From Phoronis australis (lineage: Eukaryota > Animalia > Phoronida), in assembly GCA_002633005.1 (NCBI GenBank), contig NMRA01000608.1, positions 167,850 to 231,849 on the forward strand: a stretch of DNA of 64,000 nt. Reading direction: 5' to 3'. The position numbers and the translations under genes were made by a program. Shown piece after piece: positions 37,412 through 49,700 of the stretch. The stretch's first letter is position 1, and each line of letters opens with the position of its first letter. Under the pieces are notes generated by a model. That model saw only the letters and a list, made by a program, of their open reading frames with translations, was not told where the DNA came from and searched no databases.

Positions 37412-39062
37412 CACACCAGGGTCCTCTTCCTGGGGCTAAACAACTGAGAACCCTTTGGATACATGAAGTTGTACCACATGAGTATTTGAACAAAACCACT
37501 TTCTTGTTGTTCTGCTCAACGGATTTTGATGAAACTTTTTCATTTCAGTTTACGATATCAAAGTGACACCACAGAACTTTGGTGCGATAGTGACTTCTCC
37601 ACCTCCTTGTCTTTCTCGTTTTACTATTTTCACTGATCCACTTGAAAGTAACCAAACACATCAAGTTGTATTGTAACCTAGTATGTTTTCCAATACAAAG
37701 GTCTGTCCTTTGTGTGCACCAACGTTTACGTTATTTAACTCAATGAAAGTGAAAGTTTCACCAGTGACAGAAAGTGCGGGAACACATTGTTTAAGAATTT
37801 AACACCATTGTTCATTTTGTGAGGAACACCTCTGTAGAGGATGTCCTATATGTCTAAGAATTTTTAAATTAGTGTAGAACGTGTTTAAATCGTACAGAAT
37901 TAATCAGACCTGGCTTCGATTTTCTGGAATCATTATTATTTATTCCATAATAAATGCCATTCGAGTTTCAGAAGTACGTACTTTGTTTCGTACTTTATTT
38001 CGAGGACACTTTGGATTAAATCATGAAAATGCAATTACAGCTTTGCAATGGATCTTTCAACACTCCAATGAATATTCATGATTTCTTACTTTTGCTGTAA
38101 AAGTTATTAACCAAAAGTACTATAAATTAGCAACTCAGCAAAGAACTTCAGGGTCTATATTCTGCCAAATTATACAAAGATCCTGCAAAGGGTTTAGAAG
38201 ATAAGACAATACATGCGGAAAAAATCGCTAGGGATTACCTACAGTGTAGTCGAGCATGTCCAAACATTAACATCAGCTGCCACATTCTCATTACAAACAA
38301 ATCTGGCAATTCTCACAATATTTTTGACAGATTGGTGGATACAGAGGTTGACACTAAAAACAGACTCCAAACTTAAAAATCAACATTATGTCCCACAGCA
38401 TACGTCAAATCTGTTTGAAAATGGGAAGGCATTGTTGTTTCCTTAATAAAAATGTACTTGCCAAGTTTCATGGAAATCCATCATGAAAATACACGAGAAA
38501 ACCTAAAAAAAGGTACCATCAGCTGGATTGTTCTGAAAGTAGTCATTATCTGTAGTCAACTTCCTAAAAACATATGCCAAATTTCACACAAAGTTCTTGC
38601 ATAGGGTTAATGGAATACAGCCACAGACACAGACACACAAAAATCTCCACTAGGGAACCCCTTCGAAAATCAACATCATCCTCACCTCATCAGGCACACA
38701 TCTGCAAATTTTCGTATTGATCCTTCAATCGGATTGGAAAATACAAACTTGAAAATTTTAAAAATGGACAAAAGGTGGCAAAAATTCATTGTCTCCTGAA
38801 CTGAAGCCTTTTTGCGAAATTTTATGAAAATCCATCAAAATATTTCGCAAGTACAAAAAATAAAATTGCCACTAGAAGGCATAGCAGTACTCAGATCAGT
38901 AAAAAATTCCTGGTGGTCATCTTCAAGGAACACATTTGTCAAGTCTCATAAAGATCCTGCAATGGAGGAATTACATCAGCGGATGCACAGACAGAGAGGA
39001 CTGGCAATATGCATACACATATCAATAGGTGGGTGCATAATAAAAGCTTTTCTATTGGAACT

Positions 39063-42000
39063 TTATGCCTTTCCAAATCCATACGACTCGGTGAGTGCAC
39101 GAGACATCACCACTTTAAACTCGTCTGGATCTGCCACACCTCTTGGAAAATACATCTTCAGGGAACATGTTGATGAAAAGGGATATCTCATCACACCAGG
39201 AGTCTGGTCAAAAAACTCTACAGTGATTTTCCAATCAAACCCCATTGGTGGTATGTGACCTGCACCAGTCACAAAGGTAAGGAGGTCAGAAAGGGTTCCA
39301 TCACCTTTATCTGAAAACAGAAAAGATGCGTATTTCTTAAAAATATTGGCAAAAGACCACCATCTATACCAGAAATATACACACACATTTGATGACAACT
39401 GACAGAGATCATGTCTGAAGAGCCATTAGCTTCTGAGGCATACTTGCTTTTCAAGATTAGAGTAGAGTGTAAATTCACACCCCATATGAGCCTGCATGAA
39501 AGATGAACCTATCACTTCACAAGGCTCAGATCTAGATCTACGTAAACACATCAGTAAGCCAAACACACACTATGTTATAGTGCCAGGCAGTTTATGTAGG
39601 CATTTTTAAGCAACGATTTTTTACTTAATTTACCAGTATGAATACTTGAGAAAGCAAATTCTTTTTATCTGTAGGAGATGTGATATTGGGATTTCCCTGA
39701 GTTGAAACCTAAAGCAGTCATTACCTGCTGTTTTACAAAGTTCACGTGAATTATAAACTTACCGAGAAACTCCAATTTTTTTAACGACTGAAGGGGCACC
39801 TGGTACCAATTGGCTCATTAGCTAATAAAGCTAACATAAGGAACAATGTTAAGCTAATCATAAACAAAAAGACATGTATTTATATATTTATAAGGCATTT
39901 AGCTTTATTTTCTTCATCCTTAAATCTTTACATCCGTCATGAATTAGTAGAAAAGATTTCATTGTATGTATATAGTACCTTCACAATTTTGAAGGTACAC
40001 CTCAAAGGAGTGAATGGTGTCCTTTTCTTCTTGAAGTTTATTACTCCCTGATTCTGACCACTGAACTTGATAAAGCTCCTTGAATGACTTCCTTGTCAAA
40101 ACCGACTGGGGATTGTAACACAGCAGTTTCCACGAGTCTTTGCATTTCATAAACACATTAGACCACATACGGGAAATTGATTCCAAACCCTCCACGAATT
40201 GGTCGGAGGCCATTTTATTCCTGAAAAATGAATGTTTTGCTACATCATATTTTTTCAGATATGACCTGCTGTGCTCAGTTTGGAGATTTCGAGTTTCCTG
40301 AAGATTGGGTAGTTAGAACTAATTTACTACAGCTGTGTTGTACCTAATCTTGCTCACTATTGCTTTCTCATTACAACAATTTTCTTTCAGTATTTGTTAA
40401 GTTTCCTTATTCAGCAATCTGGGAATCCACCATCGACGTTGCTAATAGGCTTGAAAATTGCGTGTTCAATAAAATAGGCATCCAATGCACCCGACTTGCA
40501 CTGTCTACTAGTAAAGATAAAATGAAGAGTGTTGAAGTGCAATTTCTTCATCGCAAACTTTATATTTCCAGTCGCATTTATCAGTCAGCAAGTAGCGCAA
40601 GTTATGTTGAATGCCAGTAGTTAGCAACACAGTCATCAGACCCAGTTGAAAAGTGTCAGCTGTGGCCTTCCCAGGGTGAAGGAGGCAGGGTCCTTCTGAG
40701 ACTCATAGTACTTAGTGAGTATTCAGCAGACCAGATTAAAAGCTGATTAATAATTTCTCATTAAACATAAACAAGTGCTATGCAGAGCGCTGATTAAAGT
40801 TGTCAATTTCAGAGTAGATTAATTCTGTGAAATGCGTTGAAACTGTTTTAAAACTCACACGCTATAGTTACCATTTTGCAAGGCATCAGTGGTGAGTGGT
40901 GGGCCAAATAGTATGTTTACTTGTCCAATAAGTGTAGTCCCAGAAGCTTTTAATACAGAAGGGAAGTGAGTGTTTCTGAGCTTTAGCCAAACTTCAAACA
41001 CTACATGAGAGAAAAAAATTTACCTGTAAAACACAAAGTAGCGGGCTAGCTTGCCAACAACTTCAGTTCTCCTCTCTATATCGAGGCTTTCGCTCAGATC
41101 ATAGCAGCCATGGTGAACTGCCCATTCACCCAGTTCATCCACAACTCTTGTAAGGGATGCGTGATCATGAATGTCAAGAATCTGAAAAGCAATAAGGCTT
41201 TTTTGAACATTTGAAGTAGTATACTTTGCATCAGTAAAATTGAAATAAAAGCTGTTTAAAAGAAGTACGTACAAATTTAACCAGTTCACTTTTCATAAAA
41301 CTACAAGGTGTGCAGTCAAGGTAAGAGCTGAACAAACAAAGCAAAAATTCCTTGTATGTAAAGGAAGTTCATAATTATAGTATTAGCTATTATTAAGATG
41401 AAGCGATATCTAATTCAGTTTTACAGTCTTCTTCTCTTCAGTTAGCATACATGTTGGCTTTACAGGTCTGATATTCAATATTTTCCATTTTTGGGCTTTC
41501 TAAACACCACATAAGTGCCGAAAAAGAGGACAATGATTAAAATATGACCAAATAAATGCAAATTAAGGGCCATGTTTCTTGGTGAATACGAGTTTGTGAC
41601 CTGTGAATTTTGCAGAAGTGTGTTTCGTGAGCACGAGTCAAGTTTGTGAGTATAGTTGCTGTTTACAGGTAAAAAAGTCATGTTAATAACTAAAGTTCGG
41701 AACTATTTTTACGAGTTCAGGGGTTGAGTTGATACTAATCCTGTACTTCCCGATCATCATTACTTTTACCTTTTGCAGCTTCATCTTTATTTCAATGTCT
41801 GGTATATATGACATCAGGGCATTCGCATCTGTCACTTTCAGACCGACCATAAGCTTAAACAGGTTTTGGCTGAGGCAGTTCATGCCTGGACCACCATGAG
41901 CAATGCTCCAACCCACGAATCTTCCAGAAAGGTAATACGTTTGATTTTCCAGAGCATCGAGAGAAGCCGTGAAAACCAGAGACTTGGGGTTTCCTTCAAA

Positions 42001-43443
42001 AAGGCCTTTGCCACCAGCGATCTCTTTAAGAGGAAGCCTGGAGAACATTATGATATTCAATATATGTTAACATGCAATTCCAAATTTTCATTGTGCAACT
42101 TCAAACTATCAACTTGGAGAAAGTGCTTCCGGGAGACAAAGAAAAGTCCATGGACCTCAAAGTGAGAATACAGCAATCAAAACACACAATGATTGAACAG
42201 CAGCAGTTGTCAGTTAAAAGTACTTTTTTACATTTTAGGGTCCTCCAAAACTTATTAATTTCTGTCAAATCCTGAAACAACTCAAAGACATTTACTAATA
42301 CTTTTCATGCAATAAAATCCGACGTTCTCAAAATTGTTAAAAAATTGTAGAGGTAGCGATCAATATTTTTATAAAGAGAATTTTCAGAATCTTTGAATGC
42401 CTCTTTGGAAACTGTTTTTATATCATTTAAGTCTGGGTGCTCATTGGTAAGGGCGTAGTTGTTAAAGCAGTGGTTGACAACCGTGATTTCAAACTATTTC
42501 AATGCACATGTGCAGCCAAGGGTTCTAAATATGTGCTTCAGCTCAGTATAGTAAGTGCTTTATAAATACAGGGATTGCTATCATTCAAAGGATTTAGAAG
42601 CAAAAACAGAGTATAGTAAATTTTGAGCTTATGTGGGACTTTATTGATATTAATTAGCCAAATATCTTCAAAACTATGGAATTTATTTCAGCAAAAGTAT
42701 ATATTTTCTCAAAACAGAAACTGTGTAAAATATGTTTTACCTTAAACCAATATGTCATCAGTTAGGTGCTTTTTTAGTTAAACTGAATAAAAATAAAGGT
42801 ACATTCATTGCAACATAACAGGAACAATAACATGACCAATTTCATATCACATACAGGTTTATGATAAAATTTCAAAAACACTGTTGTAGATTTCTAAATT
42901 ATTGCTTCGTTTAATGAAACCTGAGATTTTCTCTTTAAAAATTCATATCCTAGTTCTTTGCTCCTCATGCAATTTTGGAACATTTTAAAAACAGTTCCTA
43001 ACAGTGTTTTGGAGAACAGAACATAAAGCATAATACCTGAGCATTTCATGTGAATTTAACCAATGAGATACGAGTTGAACAAAATTTGATATTTTTCTAG
43101 GGTCTCTCATAACCCGAAAGCAAATTTGGACCGCACTTGCCCGGACAAGAAATTTCAAACTTTACCGAAAGAACTCTCTTGTGGGTCCACCATAGTCACT
43201 TCCATCCTCCCCACTGAATTCTATATATGGCTTGCAGCGAAAACTAAAGCATTCTTTCTTTACTGCATGTAAAGCACTTGTAAAGACAGCCCGGCGATTT
43301 ATTATTATGGTGGAGTGGTCGACCTGACTGATGTCAGTCGCAGCAGCCATCCAAAGACTCAGAGTGTCTCCAATCTCTGAGGAAGCTGCAACTTCACTCA
43401 GGCTTGCTTGTATGGCTTCAGCCACCTGGTGGTCCTCTAATTC
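39063..43443 (-). CDS. HECT-domain E3 ubiquitin ligase (G2E3-like HECT) with a UIM-like motif; last five exons
   Basis: Exons 43443-43166, 42037-41770, 41181-41024, 40220-39979 and 39310-39063, all GT-AG with compatible phases; 1194 nt = 397 codons + stop. Motifs ELEDHQVAEAIQASL, IEFSGEDGSDYGGPTREFFRL, LFEG, GWSIAHGGPG, QFVEGL, LLTFVTG..IPPMGF, YPFSSTCSLKMYFP (catalytic Cys position), GFGKA* (Phe at -4). Confidence 0.9.
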
Positions 43444-43553
43444 CTGTTCATTAGGTGATAATTATAAGTATATGTCGTATGTGTTTCTGAAAAAACAAAT
43501 AAATATAGATTATTACATGGCGAAGTCGTTGTCCCCCGTTATCTAGAGCCCGA

Positions 43554-43619
43554 GTGGATTTTGGAGAATTATCGCCCGAGGGGCATTAGCCCCGAGGGTG
43601 ATAATTCTCCAAAATCCAC
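43554..43619. repeat. Near-perfect hairpin (24-bp arms), probably part of a small non-autonomous element
   Basis: GTGGATTTTGGAGAATTATCGCCC ... GGGTGATAATTCTCCAAAATCCAC with one mismatch; the centre contains CCCGAGGG twice. Confidence 0.85.
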
Positions 43620-44655
43620 GAGTCTTTCGTGAAAATGCCAGACAGTTTTCTGAAGTTGCTGGGTACGACATTCTCAGATTTGAACTTATCTTGTTCTTAA
43701 CAGCGACTCCACAGGAACATTGTCTTGGGATTGCTATTTGAAATACTTAAGTGAGTATTTTAGGTAATTTGTAGAGTCGAAACTATATTTTTATTCAAGC
43801 TGCCAGCTCGACGATCGCGCCGGACTAGGCAGCGGCGCATCGGCATTTGCCATCTGGGGTTTAAGCACAATTTTCTGTAGAATGATCGTAATTTAACAAC
43901 GAAGTTTGATAGCAATGCGCCAGTTTTGTTGTTTTGTTGAAAGCCTGTCACAGGCTACAGATACATCACGTAGCGTAAATTTGATGAATCCTAGCTTCCG
44001 ATTTAACCCGTTTCGGAGACCGAGTATCAACCGCCTTGGGTTAGAATAAGCGCCTCCCCCCGAAACGAGTTTTACTGAGCGCCCCGGGCGCCTTATTACG
44101 GCAAATACAGTGCTGTTTAACTGCCTTAGTAAAGTGAACTATGTTTTCAGTTAGTAAAATCAGGTTCTGATTAGATACCTCTAGCTGAAGTCGGCCAAGG
44201 TTTTAAACCTTTTTAAAAAACTTGACGCGCTTTCCCCAAACTCGACGCGGCAAAATTCAAACTCGTTACCGCCTCCAATCAAAACAGGTCGTGGAGAACA
44301 CAGATATTATCATGTAAACAAACGCTTTAGGTTGTGAAAGTCACACTTCTTTGTGCAAGTTTCAAAATTCAAAACCTACTCGCGTGTGATGACCACAAAC
44401 ATTTAAATACAACAGTTAAAAACTTTCAAAAAGAAAAATTAGATATACTACTGTCTCCCCAATTTTGATATTTTGGGTATCATTATTTAGAGAATGATAA
44501 CGTCAGAAGCCTGAGCACGTAAGCGCATCCAACCATTTTACATTAATGGGTGTCAACATAGGATTCTCTCCATGAAGAAACAGTAGAAACTCACTTCAAC
44601 CATATATTTATTAGGGGCTGCTCAGATTTGAACACACACGCCTGCATTTAACCTG

Positions 44656-45211
44656 TGTAACGGGAATCGGTGGAGCGACCAGCACCGATCTACCTAGTTT
44701 CTAAAATGTCGACTGTTCGTAGCCGAAAAAAATATTTGCAGCGTTGTGTACTTGTTCACTCGTTCGAATCGCATACGAGAGAACCATGGTGACAACTTAT
44801 AGAGAGTGAAACAAGAGAGAAGTAGATAAATATACTGAATTTTATTATGCGATATATATGAAACACAGATCTACAAACTTACAACTCATCGCTAACTTCC
44901 GTCGACATCGCAGCTTTAACTTTTAGCCCAAAGAATTTATAAACAAGAAGAATTCGCTAAAAACGTCAAAGTCCAAATTTAAAAGGTCCAAACAGTTAGT
45001 TTTGCTTGGCTGAGATTCCTTGCGGATAGAGTCGAGACCCGGCAGAATCCCCAGTTTTAGCGTGAGGGGCCCATTTTTATAGGCTTATTCGCACCGCGAA
45101 TGTTCCAAATTACGCTAAAATAGGGGTCTCAAGATAAATGTGAAAACCAATCAGAATAGAACTAAAAATTTCGTCATCGGAAGTTCCATATAAGGAATTG
45201 ACCATCTTACA
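44656..45211 (-). mobile_element. Probable solo LTR
   Basis: Ends TGTAA..TTACA. On the minus strand a CTATAAAAA (~45074-45082) precedes AATAAA (~44841-44846). The flanks (CCTG/CCCC) do not give a clean TSD. Confidence 0.45.
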
Positions 45212-45831
45212 CCCCTTTACAATATAATAACACACTCTAGCTTCTGAAACTAAACTGACGACTCGTCCTCACTCACGGCTCCATCAATAGACGGCGCTCC
45301 CGTCACACTTGAAATGCTCTTGATATGGGACAGTGATGCAATACAGTTGGACTGACTCAATCCTCAAGTGCTCACATCAGCTTGTACTTAATAGGTTTAT
45401 TGACATCTAAAAATTAAACACTGGGTTGTTACACTTTCTTGGTATCCCTGAAGTCTTTTGACTCTTGTCCAACCCACTTCCAAGCGTCGAAATTTTTAAG
45501 TCTGTAAGCAGTGGGGGAGCACTCGAGTGACAGTGAAGTCAGTAGGCCCCGTGGGTCACTCAATGACAATTAAGTGCCCATATAGAACTCCCCCCCCTGT
45601 TTGCAGTCTACCAGGTCTGCTAATTGATTAGGGGCATATTGGATCCCGTGCCTGTATAACAAAACCTTGCTAAAAAGTACTGCCTATCTGCAAATTTTTG
45701 GTACACGCCTGCCCTTGTCAACATATGAGTGACCCACCTCCTCGGCCGTAGGCCTAACTAAGCCAAGGGCTGAATGCCATGCATGTAGACTAGTTGGTTT
45801 TTACTGAGAATAGTCCAAATGACAAACTTAC

Positions 45832-45944
45832 GAGTGCCTGAAAGTGGCAGGTGCTGCACTGGAGGCCGCTGTCTCACTCGACTGTTGCTGGGCAGCTCGT
45901 TCTGGCACAATCGCCGACATTTCAGCAGCGATTTGATTCGCCAT
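45832..45944 (-). CDS. Candidate first coding exon of the HECT gene (MANQIAAEMSAIVPERAAQQQSSETAASSAAPATFRH)
   Basis: ATCATGGCG start about 107 bp inside the right repeat block, open to a GTAAGT donor. Exons linking it to 43443 could not be reconstructed. Confidence 0.5.
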
Positions 45945-46050
45945 GATTCACCGTTCCCAGACACGTAACCGGTCAGTGAAGAAGTATTTACACGAACGCG
46001 CGCGACAGTGAGTTGTAAAACCGAACGGCATTGGCTAAGAGTAAACACTA

Positions 46051-46150
46051 AATTACGAGCGTAATTTTACGCCGTAAAAATTAAATTACGCTCGTAATTT
46101 TACGGCGTAATTAACGGCGTAAATAACGGCGTAATGTACATAATTACGTA
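46051..46150. repeat. Right subterminal block of the IS3EU-like element
   Basis: AATTACGAGCGTAATTTTACG, AATTACGCTCGTAATTTTACGGCG and repeated ACGGCGTAA; same motifs as 33160-33434. Confidence 0.88.
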
Positions 46151-46734
46151 ATCAATGTTTCAGGTTGGTGAGGGAAAGGTAATTGTATAACACATCAATA
46201 ACGTCACAAATTTCCTGTGTTGCACTTTACTGAAATAATTCAGTTACCAGGTAAAACAGCTAACTGTCATCTGTTTTTATTACAGCAAAGTCCTAACAGA
46301 GGACCATCGTTGTTTTTATGACCCTGCCATAGATAGGGATGTGTTGAAAGACAAAATCGGACAGCAGTTAGAGTGCGTCACGATTCGGGACCGGTTGATG
46401 CGGTACAATGATCAAGTCCAAGAATAGTAAAAGTTTTAATATAAACTCGAATATAAGTCGTGTATTGTAAAAGTAGTAATTGAGATTCAATAATTAGATA
46501 TATCAAAATGTATTCACTGTGAAGTTTTCTCCTATAAAACACCTAGTACTATAAACACAACTTCAATGACGTAATCGTTTCTTGTCTTTGGATGTCAAAC
46601 AAACTCTTCCAAGTTCAAAAAGCTAATCACGCCAAATGATATGGAGAAATCAGTCTTGTACTCAAAAACTTGCTCGACAAATGGTTTTGACATTACACGA
46701 TAGATGGCGGTGTCGTCCACAACACGCTGACATA

Positions 46735-49700
46735 ATTCTTATTCTTATTCCGACCATCTCTTCCCTCGTAAGGGCTCATAATGCACCGGCAAGGGTCAAC
46801 TAGTGCAAAGGTCATCAAATTATCAGCATGTAATTTCTTTTGCAGTTTTAAAGAATTTTATTTCATATTGGTAACCCGGTTGTTGTCAATAACTGTACAT
46901 AACAATTCCAGCAAAACGCACGCGCAGAGTCCATTATTGTCACGCGGTGATAATAACCTAGATACTCTGCGCGTGCAAGCTCAGAGTTTTACTGTTCTAC
47001 GTATTTTATCTTCTTATTTGTATTCTTATTCTTCTTGTTCTTCTTATTATTCCTTCCTTTTTAGATTGTTATTAATCTTACATTGATTCGTTAACAACAA
47101 TCATATTCATTGTGGTGGATACGGTAATGAAATAATTTTTGTTCATTATAATATTTTCACCCAAAATGCACCGGAATAACCCGAAACAGGTCAAGGAGTG
47201 CATTCTTTTAAAATGCTTCTTCTAGAGGTTTTTAGATTGACTCTTTGAATTTTGCAAAGCAGTAGGGACTAAGGAAGTGCATCCAAAATTTACTTGGATT
47301 TCCAATCGGATAAAGGGAACTGAGTTTCCGGGTAAAAGGTCATTAAGCGCAAAAATTATTTTTGAGCTAGACCTCTCATAATCATGCATATGATTACCAT
47401 TCATAAGCGAAGTTCAGTCGCAAACTTTGGGGTTACTAGGTGCAACTTTGGGGTCATTAAGTGCAATTTTCTGTTAAAGTTATGACTTTTTCAATCAGCA
47501 CGTACTTAGATAGAGCGTTCAAATTCATGGTGGTTCAACCAATCGCCGATCAAATTCTATTGATCACATGGATTTGACTCAAAATGCACCAGATTGATCC
47601 GAAATGGGTCAAGGAGTGCATTCCGTCAAATTGCTCCTCCTTCTAAAGGTTTTTAGAGAGACTCTTCAAGTTTTGTTCATAAGTTGGCACTAGAGATCTG
47701 CATCCGAAATTAACTTGGAATTCCAATCGGAAAAAGCGAACCGAGTTTCCGGGTCAAAGGTCATTAAGTGCAAAAGTGATTTTTGAGCTAGACCTTTCAT
47801 AATCATGCATATGATTATCATGCGTAAAAGAAGTTTAGTCTCAAACTTGAGGGTCACTAGGTGCAACTTTGGGGTTATTAAGTGCAATTTTCAGTTAAAT
47901 TTAAGATATTTTCAATCAGCTAGTACTTAAATGATGCATTAGGGAGAGCATTCAAATTCATGGTGGTTCAACCAATTGCCAATCAGCTTCTATTGATCAC
48001 ATGGTTTTGGCTCAAAGTGCACCGGATTGACTCGAAACGGGTCCAGGAACGCATTCTGTCAAATTGCTTCTCCTTCTATAGGTTTTTAGATATACTCTTC
48101 AAATTTTGTTTACAAGTAGGCACTAGATATCTGCATCCGAAATTTACGTGGAATTTAAATCGGATAAAGGGAACAAAGTTTCCGGGTCAAAAGTCATTAA
48201 GTGCAAAAGTGATCTTTGAGTTAGACCTTACATAATCACGCATATACTTTTCATTCTTAAAGGATATTCAGTCACAAACTTTGGGGTCATTAAGTGCAAA
48301 TGTGGGGTCATTTGGTGAAATTTTCCGTTGATATTCTTAATTTTCACCCTTGCTCTTTCATAGTTACTAGAGTCATCGCTCAATTCACACAAAGGATGCA
48401 ACATTTATGCAATATAATGCGCCTATACTTCACTACGCTTGTGCATACACCACGTTGTAAGTGTGCATACGCAATTGCATTCTAGTTCTTCTTATTATTA
48501 TTATTCTTATTCTTCTTCCTTCCTTTTCAGATTGTTAGTACTTTTACTTTGATTCGCTAACAACTCTCATATTTTCTGTGGTTCATAAGAACATCATTGT
48601 TTTTTTTTTCTGATTATAATGGTTTAACCCAAAATGCATCGGATTGACCCGAAACGGGTCAAGGAGTGCATTTTTCCAAAATGGTTCTTCTACAGGTTTA
48701 TAGATAGACTCTTCGAATTTTGGTAACAAGTAGACACTAGAGATCTGAATCCGAAATTTACTTAGAATTCCAATCGGATGAAGGGAACTGAGTTTCCGGG
48801 TCAAAGGTCACTAAGTGCAAATGTGATTTTTGAGCTAAGCCTTTCAAAATCAAGCATATAATTACCATTCATAAAGGAAGTTCATTAACAAACTTTGGGG
48901 TCACTAGGTGCATCTTTGGAGTCATTAAGTGCATTTTCTTTTGAATTTTGAATTTAAGACTTTTTCAATCAGCTTGTACTTGAATGATGCATTAGGGAGA
49001 GCGTTCAAACTCATGGTGGTTCAACCGATTGACTATCAAATTCTATTGATTTCATGGATTTGACTCATAATGCGAAGGATTGACCTAAAACGGGTCAAGG
49101 AGTACATTCTGTCGAATTGCTTCTTTGACAGCTTTTTAGATAGACTCTCCAGATTTTGATAACAAGTAGGCACTTGAGAAGTGCATCCGAAATTTACGTG
49201 GAATTTAAATCGGATCAAAGGAACCGAGTTTCCAGGTCAAAGGTCATTAAGTGCAAAAGTGTTTTTTTAGCAAGACCTTACATAATCACATACGTAGTTT
49301 TGATTCGTAAAGAAAATTCAGCCACAAACTTTGGGGTCATTAGGTGCAACTGTGTGTTCATTAGGTGTAGTTTTCCGTTGATTTTCTCTTTACTCTTGCT
49401 GATTCATAGTTACCAGGGACATCTCTCTCTTTCACACAAAGGATGCAACTTCCATGTATTGTAATGTCCCTATACTTCACTAAGCACATGCATAAACCAC
49501 GCGCAGAGTTGTAAGTGCGCATACGCAATTGCCTTCTAGTCTTTATTCTTCTTATTCTTATTCTTCTTCCGACCAAATTTGACACTTAATAACTCCACAA
49601 TGGTTGCAGTTATGTCCTTCAAATTAATTAATTAGTTTTAGGCAGTAAATAAAATTTGATTTATTAAATAATCATATTCCATAATGCACGGGTGCAAAGG

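Larger units (their letters stand above)
33137..46142 (+). mobile_element. IS3EU-like DNA transposon carrying two convergent genes (transposase + HECT E3 ligase); ends approximate
   Basis: The same CGCCGTAAAATTACG / TTACGCTCGTAATT motif family occurs in blocks at both ends, with the outermost copies inverted. Candidate termini TATG (33137) and CATA (46142). IS3EU-type integrase-core gene inside. No matching TSD found. Confidence 0.72.

Noticed and set aside
33131-46148. Target-site duplication for the IS3EU-like element
   Set aside because: Flanks of the candidate termini (CAGGTG versus ATTACG) do not match, so the exact ends remain unproven.
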